This document shows, one piece after another, positions 35,091 to 47,775 of a stretch of 64,000 nucleotides of DNA (its first letter is position 1; each line of letters starts with the position of its first letter). Made by a program: the position numbers and the translations under genes. A model generated the notes under the pieces. The model did not search any database, was not told where the DNA came from, and was given only the letters and a program-made list of their open reading frames with translations. The stretch is from Heteronotia binoei (Eukaryota), in the NCBI RefSeq assembly GCF_032191835.1, contig NC_083237.1, positions 41,974,001-42,038,000 of the forward strand. Reading direction: 5' to 3'.

Positions 35091-38000
35091 CTCCTTTCTC
35101 ACATCAGACTTTCTAGTTAATACAATTCAAACTATCCTTGAAGTTTCCAAGGGTAGCCATGCTGGTCCATAGTAGAACAACTAAATTCGAGCCCAGGAGC
35201 ACCTTAGAAACCAACAAATTTGGGGGAGGGGCACAAGCTTTCCAGCATTAGAGCTCCCTCAATTAGGTGAAAGGAGCTTTGACTCTCAAAAATCTTGTTC
35301 TCTAAGGTGCTGCTGGACTCAGATTTAGTCATATAAATCAGTGGACCCCTTCCATCAACTTAATTTATTAACTAACATCATATATCCCCTGCCTTTCTTC
35401 AGTCCCCACAAGGACACTGAAGTGGTTTGACACACTCTCCCCTTCTCTTTTATCCTTACAATGAACCTATGAGGCAGGTTAACTCAGAGTATATTACTGG
35501 TCCAAGGTTTCCCAGCAAGCTGCCAGGGCAGAGTGGGCATATGAATCAGGACCTCCCAGATCTGATTTGGACACCCTAACCACCAGCTCCTACTAAACAC
35601 ACATAAAGCAGGTAAAAAAGGCTCTTTCACAGCCAATCAGGAAAAACTCCAGATTTCCTGCATGGCCCCACAAAGATGGTTGGGTCAGCAGCAGGTGGAA
35701 GAAGCTTGCCTATAATGAGCAAGGAACACTGATCTATCCCCAAAACTTTACATTTCCATTGTCTGATTTTGTTTTAGCTCCTCAATTTTGCCTTATGCCC
35801 CATTTGATAAAGAATGGGCTGAGGCAAACAGATCCACAGCTATAATGCTATGAGTGCCTCCTTTGATGAAAACATGATTTCACACTAGAGCTTTAATCCT
35901 GGTTTAACTCTGTCCCTAAACTGACTTGCTACGCTAGAATAATAGAATTCTCTAATAGAATTAGAGAAACCAACTTTCTGACTCTATGATTCTATTGTTT
36001 TAGTGTAGAAGGTCAGTTTGGTATCAAATCAGGGTCCTTCAATTAAAGCATGAATTCCTCAGGAGCTTTCAAAAGGAAGTAGCCTAGTTGTCATGAGAGC
36101 TCTGGGGCACAGGAATCAAAGTTCTTTTTTGTGTGGTCCTCCAAAAACTCCTCATATCCTTGCAGTGAGAAATGTCCCATGTTTCCAGAGCAATAGTCTA
36201 ACCTCTCTGAATCTCCCTTACAATCACTTCACTGGAAAACATATTCAAGAATTCAGGAAGGGCTATCTGTCAATCTCACCATCATCTGCTAGTATACAAG
36301 CTAGTCTTATAAATCAGTTGGTTGCAACTGGACCAATCTCCGTTTCATTTTACATCATGGAGATACCTTATAGGCTTATACCATCTAGATGCTTTTATTT
36401 ATTTATTTATTACATTTCTGAATGTGGGTTACAAGGATGATTCAAAACAATAAACCTATGGACAGTAAAACTTAATATATACTAAAAAAGCAATTTCTAT
36501 AACCTAGCCCACAAACTGATTTATTAATTTTCCCATTTATACATAACAAAGCCCACCTAAAGACATTTATCTTGCAGATGTTTATACCTTTGGTATAGAG
36601 GTAGCTGGCAACAGTTTCTGCTTCCATTTTTCTAGGAATGTGTATCTGAAGATCTCTGTATTTTTACTAGGTGTCGCACCCTGGGTGCCCCTCCCGGTCT
36701 CCTGGTGCAGCCGTCGTCCCTCTATCCTGGGTGGCCCCCCTCAGGTACTCTGAGGGTGTTCCCCGGAGGTCTCAGAAACAGGGATGGGAGCCAGGTTACT
36801 TCACCACAGGCCCCTGTTCCCTTTCTGGCTGTGCAGTGGCTCCTGTCTCTCTCTCTCTCTGGAGGCAGCCTCAATAAGCACCGGCCAGCTTCCTCCCCGA
36901 CCTCCTGCCTCCCTCCCTTTTATCCTCCCGTCCCAGTCCTTCCCCCCTCCTGGGTTCCACCCCTCCCTGGCCCCACCCCCCCTTCAAAGCCCGAGATGCC
37001 CGGGAGAGGCATGCCGGGGCTGGGCTGCCTGGGTGTGCCTCAGGCGTCCTGGGCCTCTGCAGCGTGCTGGGGTGCGACGTCTCTTGCTGCCACAGGTCAG
37101 CTGGTTCTCCTCCTCTTTGCCCAGCGCTGGGCTCGGCTTCTCCCTCCTGCTCCCTGATGTCTCGCTCTGGCCACGCTCCTTGGACCCGGAGACAAGCACT
37201 TTGGTTGTGGGGCGTTGCTTGGGCTGCCGCTGGGGCTCCGTCGGTCCAGGTGAGTGACGGGGCTGCTGCGGGGGCTTGGGGAGGTGTGGGAAGCTCTTGG
37301 GGCAGTGACCGGGGTGGAACAGCTGGTGAGCGTAGGGGGGGCCCTCGCGCAGTCCTCGCCCAGGCCGGGTGGGACACACCCCCTCCCGTGTCCCTTGCTT
37401 CTCGGCCTCCTCTTTGAAGATCCGGGAGAGGTAGTCGGCCATGTGGTGGTCTGCCCCAGCTTGATGGTAGGCACTGTGAAGGAAAAGGGGAGAAGAGACA
37501 TATACTAGCGGAGGACCCGGTCGTTGGAATCCTTCATCCTCGACATTCACAGCAGGGGGGCATGGTCCACCACCAACAGGAATGGGTTGTTGGTGAGGTA
37601 GAACTTCAACGCCCCGAAGGCCCACTTGACCGCCAGGGCCTCCTTCTCCACCGTGGAGTATGCCCGCTCGGCGGGCAGGAGCTTGCGGCTGATGAACAAC
37701 ACCGGGCGTTCATCCCCGGGGCTCCCCTGGAGCAGGGCCCCCCTGATCCCGGTCCCCGAAGCATCAGTTTGCAACACAAAGGGCTGGGAGAAGTCTGGGT
37801 TGTGCAGCACAGGGTCACGGGAGAGGCTGGTGCGTAGCATCCTGGTGCGTAGCGTCCTGGGCCGGTCCCCACTGGAGGATGTTCGGGCACGTATTCCGCA
37901 GGCTGTTCGTTAACGGGGTGGCCACCGCCGCGAATTTGGGGATGAATTTACTGTAGTAGCCCGTGAACCCCAAGAAGCGCCGTAACTGCTTCTTGGTACA

Positions 38001-39979
38001 CGGGCGGGGCTGTTGTTCCAAGGTGATGACCTTCTCCATCAGGGGTTGGAGCTGGCCCTTCCCCACTAGGAATCCCAAATATTTTAACTCCTAGAAGCCA
38101 AGGCGGCTCTTCCGCGGGTTGGCATGGAGTCCGGTGGCATGCAGGGCTTGGAACACGCGGTGTAGGTGGAGCAGGTGGGTCTCCCAGGTGGGGCTATATA
38201 CCACGATGTCATCAATGTAGGCTCGAGCGAAACCCTTGCTCTGGGCCAGGGCCTTGTCCACCAGCCGCTGGAACGTGGCCACAGCCCCTTTCAAGCCAAA
38301 GGGCATGCGTTTGAATTGGAATAAACCTTGGGGGGTGGCAAAGGTGGTCTTTTCCCTGTCGCCCGGGTGCATGGGTACCTGCCAATAGCCCTTGGTAAGG
38401 TCCAAGGCAGAGAGGTACCGGGCCTCCCCCAGCTGGTCAATCAGGATATCCACCCGGGGCATCGGGTAGGCATCGAATTTGGCCAGTTTGTTCACCTTCC
38501 GATAGTCCACACAGAAGCACATGTTGCCATCGGGCTTTGGCATCAGGACCAACGGACTGCGCCACTCGCTCTGCGATGGTTCGATGACATCAAGGCACAA
38601 CATCTCCTCCACCTCCTGGGCGATGACGTCCCAGCGCTTCTGTGGTACGGGTCTCCAACGGGCTCGTGCCACCTGACCTGGGGGGGGGTTACTACCCAAT
38701 GCTTGACCAGGGTAGTTAAGCCCGGCTGATCGGAGAACACTGTCGGGCACTCGGCCAGGACCTCTTGCAGGGCCTGCCGTTGGCCGGCTGTGAGTGCGGC
38801 GTCCAACACCGGGGCCCCCCCGGGACCCTCCGTGATTGTTTAGGGCAGGGTTCCATCCTGGAGCTCGCTCGGGTCGTCGGCCAAGAGCCCCTGCTCAGTC
38901 CCCGCCTCCCGCTGCACCCACGCCTTTAGGTTGTTCACATGGATGGTCTTCCTTTGGTGGGCACGGGGACCACATTGTACTTCGTATGTCAGGGGACCTA
39001 GGACTCGGGTGACTTGGAAGGGTCCCTGCCACGGGTTCCCCTGGTTCTGGCCCATCACTCCCCTGTGTACCAGGACGTCGTCTCCCACCTGGAACCCACG
39101 GGCCTTAGCGCCGCCCTTGTCGTAATGTCTCTTCTGGGCCTCCTGGGCCTGTGCGAGGTTCCCCCGGGCCTCCTGCCTCACGTCTGACATACTCCTCCGG
39201 GGTCACCTCTGACCCTCCCCTGCCTTGTACCCACTGTTCTCCAAGCAGGCCTAGGATCCCCCGGCATTGCCTCCCATACAGCAGCTCGAACAGGGAATAC
39301 CCCAGGGACGCTTGGGGCGTCTCTCAGATGGCGAAGACCAGTGGGTCCACATAGAGATCCCAGGCTGTGGGGTGGTCATACGCTGTTTTCCTCAGCATGG
39401 CCTTCAAGGTCTGGTTCATCCGCTCCACCAGCCCGTTAGTTTGGGGGTGGTGGACGGAGGTGAATAGCTGCTTGATGTGCAGTGTCTGGCACACCTGTCG
39501 CATTAGGCTCGCTGTGAAGGGCGTGCCTCAGTCTGTGAGTATCTCTCGAGGCAGCCCTACATGCGCTAAGTAGTGCATCAGGGTCCTGGCCACGCCAGCA
39601 CTCTTCATGGTGGGCAGAGGGATAGCCTCCGGATAACGGGCCCCCCGGGGGATGTGGGTTAGGGGCCCCACAAAGTCCATGGCCACCCACTCGAATGGGA
39701 TCCCCACTACCGGCAAGGGGGCAAGCGGGGCTTGCGGCTCTGCTCTAGACTTTAGGCGTTGGCAGATGTCGCAGGAACGACAGTAGGCCTGGACCTCCCG
39801 AGCCACGGAAGGCCAGAAGAAGTTGGCTAACACCCAAGTCAGAGTACTCTTCACCCCCTGGTGGCCCGCCCATTGGTGGTCGTGGGCGCCCTTCAGGACT
39901 TCTGGCCTGTACCGGTGGGGGACCAACAGCTGTTTCCCGGGGCCCAACCACCCTTTTACCTCTCTGAACCAAACGCCTT

Positions 39980-40843
39980 TGTGGAGAAACGCCATTTTAG
40001 TCAATGTTGGAGCTTCATTGGGAGGGAAAACATGAAACTGCGAAGCAGGCTTGGGCCTAGCCTTCCCCTCACTCCCCCCTCCCTTCCAGAGCCAAACCAA
40101 CAACGCTAGGGGGAAAGTCTCCTAGAGAGACAGGAAGTTCTTTTGTTATCTGCATGTGAGTTAGGAGGAAGAGTTTTGAGTTCTCAGCTGCAGCTCGAAG
40201 GAAGAGGTTGCCAGTGTGGGGGCTCCTGCCTGTGCATGCGGCCTAGTCAGGAAAATGAGGCCTCCAGGCAGTCAGACCAAGTAAGTCATCCAAAAAGGCA
40301 GGGTGTGTTTAGACCGGGGACAGGAGGACGCGTTTAAAACCACATTTTGTTTGTCATGCTGTTTGCTGTACGGGTGCTGTGCTGTGCTAACCTTTTAAAT
40401 GCAACTGTTTTTGTTTTGTTCTTCTTTTCTTTTCTTTTTCTCTTTTAAATAAATATATTTTTACTGTTTGAATGCTGGCAGTCAATCTCTGTACCACATA
40501 GATCCCCAACCGCTCTAGACCACGCTGTGTTGAGAAGGGGGCCCCGGGGAAGGGGGAAGGCATGCAGTTGGATGAGGTGCCAATTCTCCAGGGGTGCCCC
40601 AAAGAAGTGCTGAGGTCTCTGTGAAACCCAAGTGCAGGGTGGCAGAGGACCTTGAGGCCTAGCCTCATAGCTGGAGAGGGGGATTGGGAGTCCTGTTCCT
40701 CTCAATCTGAACCCCTAGACTGAGCAGGTGGTGGCAGCGAGCCCAAGGGGCAGGAGGAGAAATAGCTCCCTCCAGGAGTTGGCGACTCAATAGGGAGCTG
40801 ACAGGACCGGGTCTGAAGGCAGAATCGGGCCGGTTCCGTCACA
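39980..40843 (+). mobile_element. Solo LTR (864 bp) inserted in the Gmr1 pol just upstream of the integrase zinc finger
   Basis: TGTG...CACA termini; 5-bp TSD GCCTT (39975-39979, 40844-40848); AATAAA near 40448; removal restores the in-frame RIIREEGVWFRE. Confidence 0.85.
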
Positions 40844-41282
40844 GCCTTCTTCCCTGATGATCCGAGGCAGGCGCCGGCTCCAGTGTTCATCTACGACCAC
40901 ACCGTCCTGGACTGCTTCGTGCCGCTGCAATGCCTCCAACTCCTCGTCCTCGGCCTGAGCTTTCATGATCTGCGGGTCCGCCAGCCACATCTCTCGGCTG
41001 CCCATCGTGGGACGTTCTTCGGGGTCAGTATCCTCCATCTCCACAGCGGGAGCTGCAGTGTCATAGCTGGCCCCAGCGGGCTGGCCCGGCTGGCCGGGGT
41101 TTGCTGCCTCTACGACGTCCCCAAAACATGGGGTATCCCGCTTGAGCAGTACTGGGTAGGGCAGGCGGGTCACCTTGGCGACCGGTACGCTCCAGTAGCG
41201 GCCCAAGTATTTCAGCGGGATGGACACCACTGGGCTCCTTTCGACATGCCCATGGACGCACTTGATGGCGGCGGTGCGGATG

Positions 41283-41635
41283 TGTCGCTTATATGTAAAT
41301 AGTCTTGACAGTTTTCTAGCACATGCTGGGAAAGTGAAACTGATCTGCCAGGCTAGATCATCTAAATGACAGGAGGTGGCTGGGTGCCAGGTTGCATCAG
41401 CCCAGAGTACAGTCAGCATGAGTCAGCAGGAAGCTGATTGGTTACCTGATGTATAAATGTACAAAGACACTTTGCTATGTGTGGGTTATGGATGTTGGAG
41501 AGCAGCAGAGCATTCTGTCAGATTGGAGAGTGAGAGGTGTAAATAAATTGTATATAGTGGTTTTAACACTACTGTGTGCAACCTTCATTCTTCGCGTCGC
41601 TAAAGACCACCCTCTTAAGCTCGGGCGCATCAACA
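41283..41635 (+). mobile_element. Solo LTR (353 bp) inserted in the Gmr1 protease
   Basis: TG...CA termini; 5-bp TSD GGATG (41278-41282, 41636-41640); TATAAA and AATAAA; removal restores the in-frame APLPVIRTAAIKCVHG. Confidence 0.85.
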
Positions 41636-44600
41636 GGATGACGGGCAGCGGAGCGGTCACCAGGTGGGCCTGTACCATAGACAGCGAGCTGCCATTGTCG
41701 ACCATGGCCTGCAGCTGCCACCCTCCCAAGGACACCGGAATTGTCTGGGGGGGGGAGCTTCCACCTCGGCAGTTTGCCAGGACTCTTCCCAGCCCGCGTC
41801 GCATTCCATCAGGGGGCACTCTTGCTTGAGATGTCCCCACTGGCCGCAGGTAAAGCAGGTCCCTATGTCCCCCGGCGGGCCTCCGGCGGCGGGCGTCCCT
41901 CCTTCTCCCCTTCACGGCCTCTGGGGCGTAGACTCGGTCCGGGTAACGCTGGGCGTCCTCCGGGTCCCCACCATCCAGGCATGGCACGGGCTGGCGGCAG
42001 TCGTGCTCGGCCTCCATGGTCCCCCGTTCCAAGCGCCTTTCCCAGTGTCGCTCCCAAGCGCCTTTCCCAGTGTCGCTCCGCAGGGCTGGGGAATGCCCTT
42101 CCCTGGCTTAGCGCCCTCCATGTGTGGGGGGGGGGAGGCCGCGATGGTCGGTAGCCTGCAAGTTTTCCCACAGCTCCTGGACCTCACTGAGGCGGGTCAG
42201 CTTCCAGCAGGCCACCCAATGGCGGGTACGGAGCGGCAACACCTGTAGCAGCTGTTCCACTACCACCAGCTCCACAATGCGCAGCCCATCGTTGGTGGTG
42301 GGGTTAAGCCAGCGGGTGGCGGCATCTTTGAGGGTCTCTATTGCCGAGCGCGGTCGGACCTCCACTGTTGGTAGCCAGGAATGAAGCTTCTGGCAGTGGG
42401 CCTCGGGCGTGATCTCCAGGCGGTCTAAGATGGCTGCCTTGAGTGCTGTATAGTCCACGGCCTGGGCCCATTCCAGGGCTTTCATGGCAGCTTGGGCTTC
42501 CCCTGTCAAGTAGGGTCCCAGAATAAAGGCCCACTGTTCTCTGGGCCAACGAGCGGCCTCGGTCACCTGCTCAAAGGCCTCCAGGTAGGCCTCGACATCG
42601 TCCTCTGCTCCCAGCTTCGTCAGAGGGGGCCAGGGGCTCCGTCCAGTGCCAAATGGTGTTGGCCCCGTCGGCTTGGGGTGGGCCAGGATCGCTTGGTGGA
42701 GGTCCCGCACAAGGAGCCACCGTCTGCTGTTGGGTGACCTCCCGTAGAAGCTGCGCCTTGTGGTATGCGACCCACTGCCCAAATTGGGCCAAATCCATGG
42801 GGGCGGGGTTGGTGTCCATGGCAGACATCAGCTCCACTTCTATCACAGAGTCCTCACTTGCTTCGTCAGTCGACGAGTCGCTGGACTCCGGCTCGATGGG
42901 TGGGGTCGCCGTTCAACCCGAGTGCCACCTGGGCGGGGCTGGGATGTGGGGGCATGGCTGTCCTAGGCTTGGGGTGGTGCCCACATCCTCCACCACATTG
43001 TCGCACCCCAGGCGCCCCTCCCGGTCTCCCTGTACAGCCGTCGTCCCTCTATCCCGGGCAGCCCCCCTCGGTTACTCTGAGGGTGTTCCCTGGAGGTCTC
43101 AGAAACAGGGGTGGGAGCCAGGTTACTTCACCACAGGCCCCCGTTCCCCTTCTGGCTGTGCAGTGGCTCCTCTCTCTCTCTGGAGGCAGCCTCAATAAGC
43201 ATCAGCCAGCCTCCTCCCTGACCTCCTGCCTCCCTCCCCTTTATCCTCCCATCCCAGTCCTTCCCCCCTCCTGGGTTCCACCCCTCCCTGGCCCCACCCC
43301 CCTTTCAAAGCCCCGGATGCCCGGGAAAGGCGTGCCGGGGCTGGGCTGCCTGGGCGTGCCTCGGGCATCCTGGGCCTCTGCAGCATGCTGGGGTGCGGCG
43401 TCTCTCGCCACCGCAGGACAGGCGGCTCTCCTCCTCTTTGCCCGGCGCTGGGCTCGGCTTCTCCCTCCTGCTCCCTGACGTCTCACTCTGGCCATGCCCT
43501 TCGGACCCAGAGACGAGCACGTTGGCTGTGGGGCATTGCTTGGGCCGCCGCTGGAGCTCCATCGGCCCAGGTGAGTGGCGGGGCCGCTGCAGGGGCTTGG
43601 GGAGGTGTGGGAAGCTCTCAGGGCAGCGACTGGGGGGGGACAGCTGGTGAGTGTAGGGGGGGCCCCCTTGCGCAGTCCTCGCCTGGGCCGGGTGGGACAC
43701 TAGGTATGCTTGGTAAATACTAGTTACTTGCCAGCTAATCCATTACTGCAGCTTAACTCAGTAGTGAAAAGCATCCATAAGTGAAAAGAGGAATGGAAGA
43801 ATAGTGTTGTTTTTTTCTCCTCATGCATGTACACCTGCATTATTTATGCTCCAATATGAAATGCTCTGACTGACTGAAAGCAGCCTGTCTTGTACTGGGA
43901 CCTGTCTAATATTGAATATTTATGAACTATAATAATTCACAATCTCACAGTGGTGACAGCAAGAAGGTCTGCAAAGTTTCATAGTTTCATAATGTATTCC
44001 TACATTTATACATTTTAGAAATGTATTTGTAATGTTAATATGCAATATGATTTCTGTTGCAACCAGTTTGAACTCTCAAGAGTAAATACTGTAGAATAAA
44101 CTCAGGAATTGCATGAAAGCACTGAGATGCTGGTCTCCTTCCTGCCACACTGGAGCAGGGTAGCTCAGAATCTCTGGAATTAGGAAGAAGTTAAGGCTGA
44201 ATTTCCCCCCATCTTCGCACTCCCCTAGCCATACCTGTGGTCACTCCCAAAAGTGGGTATTGTAGGTTGGCAGAGCCACATGAAGAAAATGTCATATGCC
44301 GTAAAAGGCTACAATAAGGAACAGGGATTTAGTGAAATCATCCCACTCCTCAATGTGAATGGAAAGCCCATAGTGTAATTATTCTTTATGTTAGAGTTTT
44401 ATTAAATTATGTGCTTGATCCAACCAGCTTGCCCCATGGTAGAAAAGGGAGATCTAGGTGTGTGCTTGTGTGTGCATGTGCAATGCAAAAGAACCACTTT
44501 AAGATATGTAATATCATATTTAACAATGCAAAATAACCACTTTAAGATATGTAATAAACATTGGTGTAAAGGTGGATTACAAAACTGGATGCCCAAAACT

Positions 44601-44994
44601 GAATGACAAAACTGAATGCTGATATTTTCAGGGCAGTCTTAAATAATTGCTTCTCAATGTAAGTATGTACCTGTACCTAGTTCCATTGAAGCTGGCTCTG
44701 CATGCTACTCATAAATGAGTACAGAAGAAAAAATTGGGCAAAAGGGTAGAGTTCAACAGGTATCTTAAAACATTGTAATTGATGTGGATTCACTTATATT
44801 ACTATGCCTCCATATAACTGTGACAACCAAGTGATATTGTGATCAGTCTTCTATTTGACCTCCTTTTCAAGCAACCACATTATCCACAGAGATATGCATA
44901 AGAAATAACTCACCAACAGTGCAATATAATACAGTGTTATTTCAGACTAAGCCCATTGAAATCAAGGGTCTTGGACTGGTGTTTCTTTGAATTT

Positions 44995-45976
44995 TCATTT
45001 CAAAAGTGGAAGTGGGAAATGCCATGCTGTCAAATATGCTGAAAAGGCTCTTAACTTCCTCCTCAAGGCTTCTTTGACCTCCATGTTTCGTAGGCTATAT
45101 ATGAGGGGGTTGACCATGGGCGTCAACACTGTGTAGAAGAGGGAGAAGACTTTCTTTGCTTCCCTTAGGTTTTTAGATCTTGGTAGCAGATAGACAAGCA
45201 TCAGTGTTCCATAATACAACACGACCACTGTGAGGTGAGAGGAGCAGGTGGAGAAAGCCTTTTGCCTCCCAGTGGTGGATGAAATCCTGAGGATAGAAAC
45301 TATGATGGAAATGTAAGATGACAGGGTGAGGAGAAAAGGAGGCAGTGTGAACACACAAGTAAATATGAATGTTGACAGTTCAAATGAAGTAGTGTCACTA
45401 CATGAGATACCTTATGTCAGGAATAACATCACAAAAATAGTGATCAATCTCATTAGGGCCACAGAAGGATAGCCATGATATTTTCAAAGTCAAGCTCGTG
45501 CTAACCAAAACTCCACTTATCCAAGATACAGCTGCTAATTGGAAACTCAACCTACTGTTCATTAGAACTGCATAATGAAGTGGTTTACATATTGCTAAAT
45601 ACCTGTCATAAGACATCATGGAGAGGAGGTAGCATTCAGTACCTCCCAGGCAAGCAAAGATGAAAAACTGCACAAAACAAGAGTTGAAAGATATAATTTT
45701 TTCCCCAGTCAACAGGCTTGACAACATCGTAGGCAAGACTGTGGAGCTACAGAAGGATTCCAAGAAGGACAGATTTCCCAGGAAGAAGTACATGGGGGTG
45801 TGAAGGTTTCGATCGGCCACAACTAACACAATAATGAGAAGATTACCAGCCATGGTTGCCATGTAGATAGCTAAGAATAGCAGGAAAAGAGGAATCTGCA
45901 GCTTTGGAAGATCTCCAAATCCCAAGAGTATGAATTCAGAAACAGTTGTCTGGTTTGGCCATATGTTCTCTGCCAT
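44995..45976 (-). pseudogene. Olfactory receptor pseudogene with a single 2-nt frameshift
   Basis: Two ORF halves (45398-45976, 44995-45354) join if 2 nt are restored in the AGG TAT (AT)C TCA TGT AGT stretch; all OR motifs otherwise present; acceptor upstream of ATG. Confidence 0.88.
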
Positions 45977-46499
45977 GTGTCCATCTAGAGAAAATAAACT
46001 GATCTTGTAACAACTGTGGTAAAATTGGAGGTGCCTTATAGGCAGGAATCAGAGATAGCTATTGCCTAGTGTTATGAGAATGAAAATTACTTCTTTACCC
46101 AAAGTTCATTTCCATCAGCAAAGAATGTGCGGGTGTGTGTGGGGGGGAGTACTTCAGATTTTGTTCAGTTGCAAACAAGCATGAAGTTAAGGAGGAAATA
46201 TTGACATTTTCTTCTCCTGCACAAAAAAGCACAATCCTGAATCTGTTATTGGATCTATTGCACAGCTCATTTCTGATCTCTGGGAGTTCCCAAAGATAAC
46301 TGGGATATAGCCAGGGTTTTTTCCCCATGATCTTGCCCTGTTTTCTTTATTACCACAATCCCATATAGCTGATCCCACAATTGTCCTCATAGCCTTTGTG
46401 GGTGATCAAAGGGGATGCCTTTCCTTTTTCTGCAATAAAAAAGCTGACTGCATCCCATCACTTGCAAACTTTGCCCCACCCAACAACTTGAATAATTTT

Positions 46500-46655
46500 C
46501 TTCTTACCTTTTATTGCTGGATGAGGGAACACATTATTTTTTCTAAGTATGACAAAGTCTGCTGTTCAATAATACTTAGTTCTCTGTTCAGTATCTGTTT
46601 ATATTCTTCACAAAGGAAGAAAATTTCCCTTGATGTTTGTTATAATTAATGTTGC
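46500..46655 (-). promoter_or_regulatory. OR upstream module copy 5 (candidate donor GT at 46507-46506; TCCCTTGA 46626-46633; TAATTA 46643-46648)
   Basis: Diverged match to the other modules, about 0.5-0.7 kb upstream of OR3. Confidence 0.45.
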
Positions 46656-47414
46656 AATGTGTGGAGAAGAGAGAGTAATATAGTACACATGTGCTTTTTC
46701 AAAGGGAATTTAAGCCACCATCTACCCAATTCCCATGGGCTTGCTGTGTTCTTTTATTGCCACAAAAATAATCAACAGAAATCATGCCACACTTTAAAGA
46801 CATACACGTTTTTTATTCTAGCATGAGCTTTTGGGGACTAGAGTCCACTTCCACAAAAGTTTGCATTAGAATAAAAATGTGTGATTCTTTAAACTGCCTC
46901 AAGACTATTTTAATTTAGGCCAAACAATGTATATATATGCCAGGATAGGCTAATTCACTTCAATGGAGCTATTCTGAACTAACTGGTGATTGCAAAGTCT
47001 TAAAACCGTAGAGCATTTTGAGCTGGAGCCCTTGGATATCATTATATTTGGGACTGAGGAATGGAATAAGAGAATCCCCCTTGCATCTATGCCTTTATTC
47101 CATGTTAAGGTTTTCTCTTCATTCCATTCCTCTTGAACTATCTTTTAATAAGAAGAATTTCTAAAATTAATTTCAGAAATGAATTCTATACAATTTCCAG
47201 TTCCTTATTGTTTCTCACATTTTCTCATCAATATAATATACACTTCCACGATAATTTTTAAAAAAAATCTCATGCATGGAAATGAAACAGATGGTGCAAA
47301 CTCTGAATTAATATCTGAAGACAATCTTTTTTAAAAATGTGCAAACCTCTTGAATCCAAATAAGTTTGTTGGTTGGAAACAAAAAATGATCTGTGTTTAG
47401 AGTTACTTATCAGC

Positions 47415-47536
47415 AGAGCTTTTTTGTAGAAAAAAACCAGCAGAAACTTATTTGCATATTAGGCCATACTTCCTGATGCCAAGTCAGCTAGAACTGCGTT
47501 TCTGTGTGTTCCTGCTTTTTTTTTTTTTAAAGCCCT
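47415..47536. mobile_element. Short MITE (CAGGGCTTT-type TIR) containing ATTTGCAT; nested/dimer copy at ~57510-57710
   Basis: cagagctttt...aaagccctg termini; shared internal sequence among the copies. Confidence 0.6.
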
Positions 47537-47775
47537 GCTTATCAGTGTGGTACAGGTTGTTCCTTCCCGCTCCTGAAGGAACAGGTACACAGAGTGACAA
47601 TAGTCCTAGTGTGAGGAAAAGCCCCCTACTTTTCATACATGTGAACATCATGATCACCAGCATGGTTGCCAGGGTGCCTGGAGATTTGACTCTCACACCT
47701 CTGCTCTAAGAAGTGGACTTTGCTTACAGTTTCTAAGGCTTATATGGCAGCTTTGCATTCTACATCTCTGAAGAG

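Larger units (their letters stand above)
36672..43699 (-). mobile_element. Gmr1-like Gypsy LTR retrotransposon (gag/SCAN-like capsid, CCHC, protease, integrase, RT, RNase H), degenerate
   Basis: LTRs 36672-37376 and 42999-43699 (TGT...ACA); 5-bp TSD CTAGG; PBS 42978-42995 TGGTGGAGGATGTGGGCA (tRNA-Ala-like, 16/18); PPT; CFTCGQWGHLKQECP; MVDNGSS; HDH..AGH..CRSCDICQ, MDFVGPL, YHPQTNGLVER; LDLTKGYWQV, YIDD; LQTDASGTGI. Confidence 0.94.

Noticed and set aside
36671-37625. Many overlapping Pro/Gly-rich ORFs here and at 42653-43723
   Set aside because: Spurious frames in GC-rich LTR sequence with no protein motifs
42108-42782. Cellular SCAN zinc-finger (ZSCAN) gene
   Set aside because: The SCAN-like region is gag inside a complete LTR element; there is no C2H2 array
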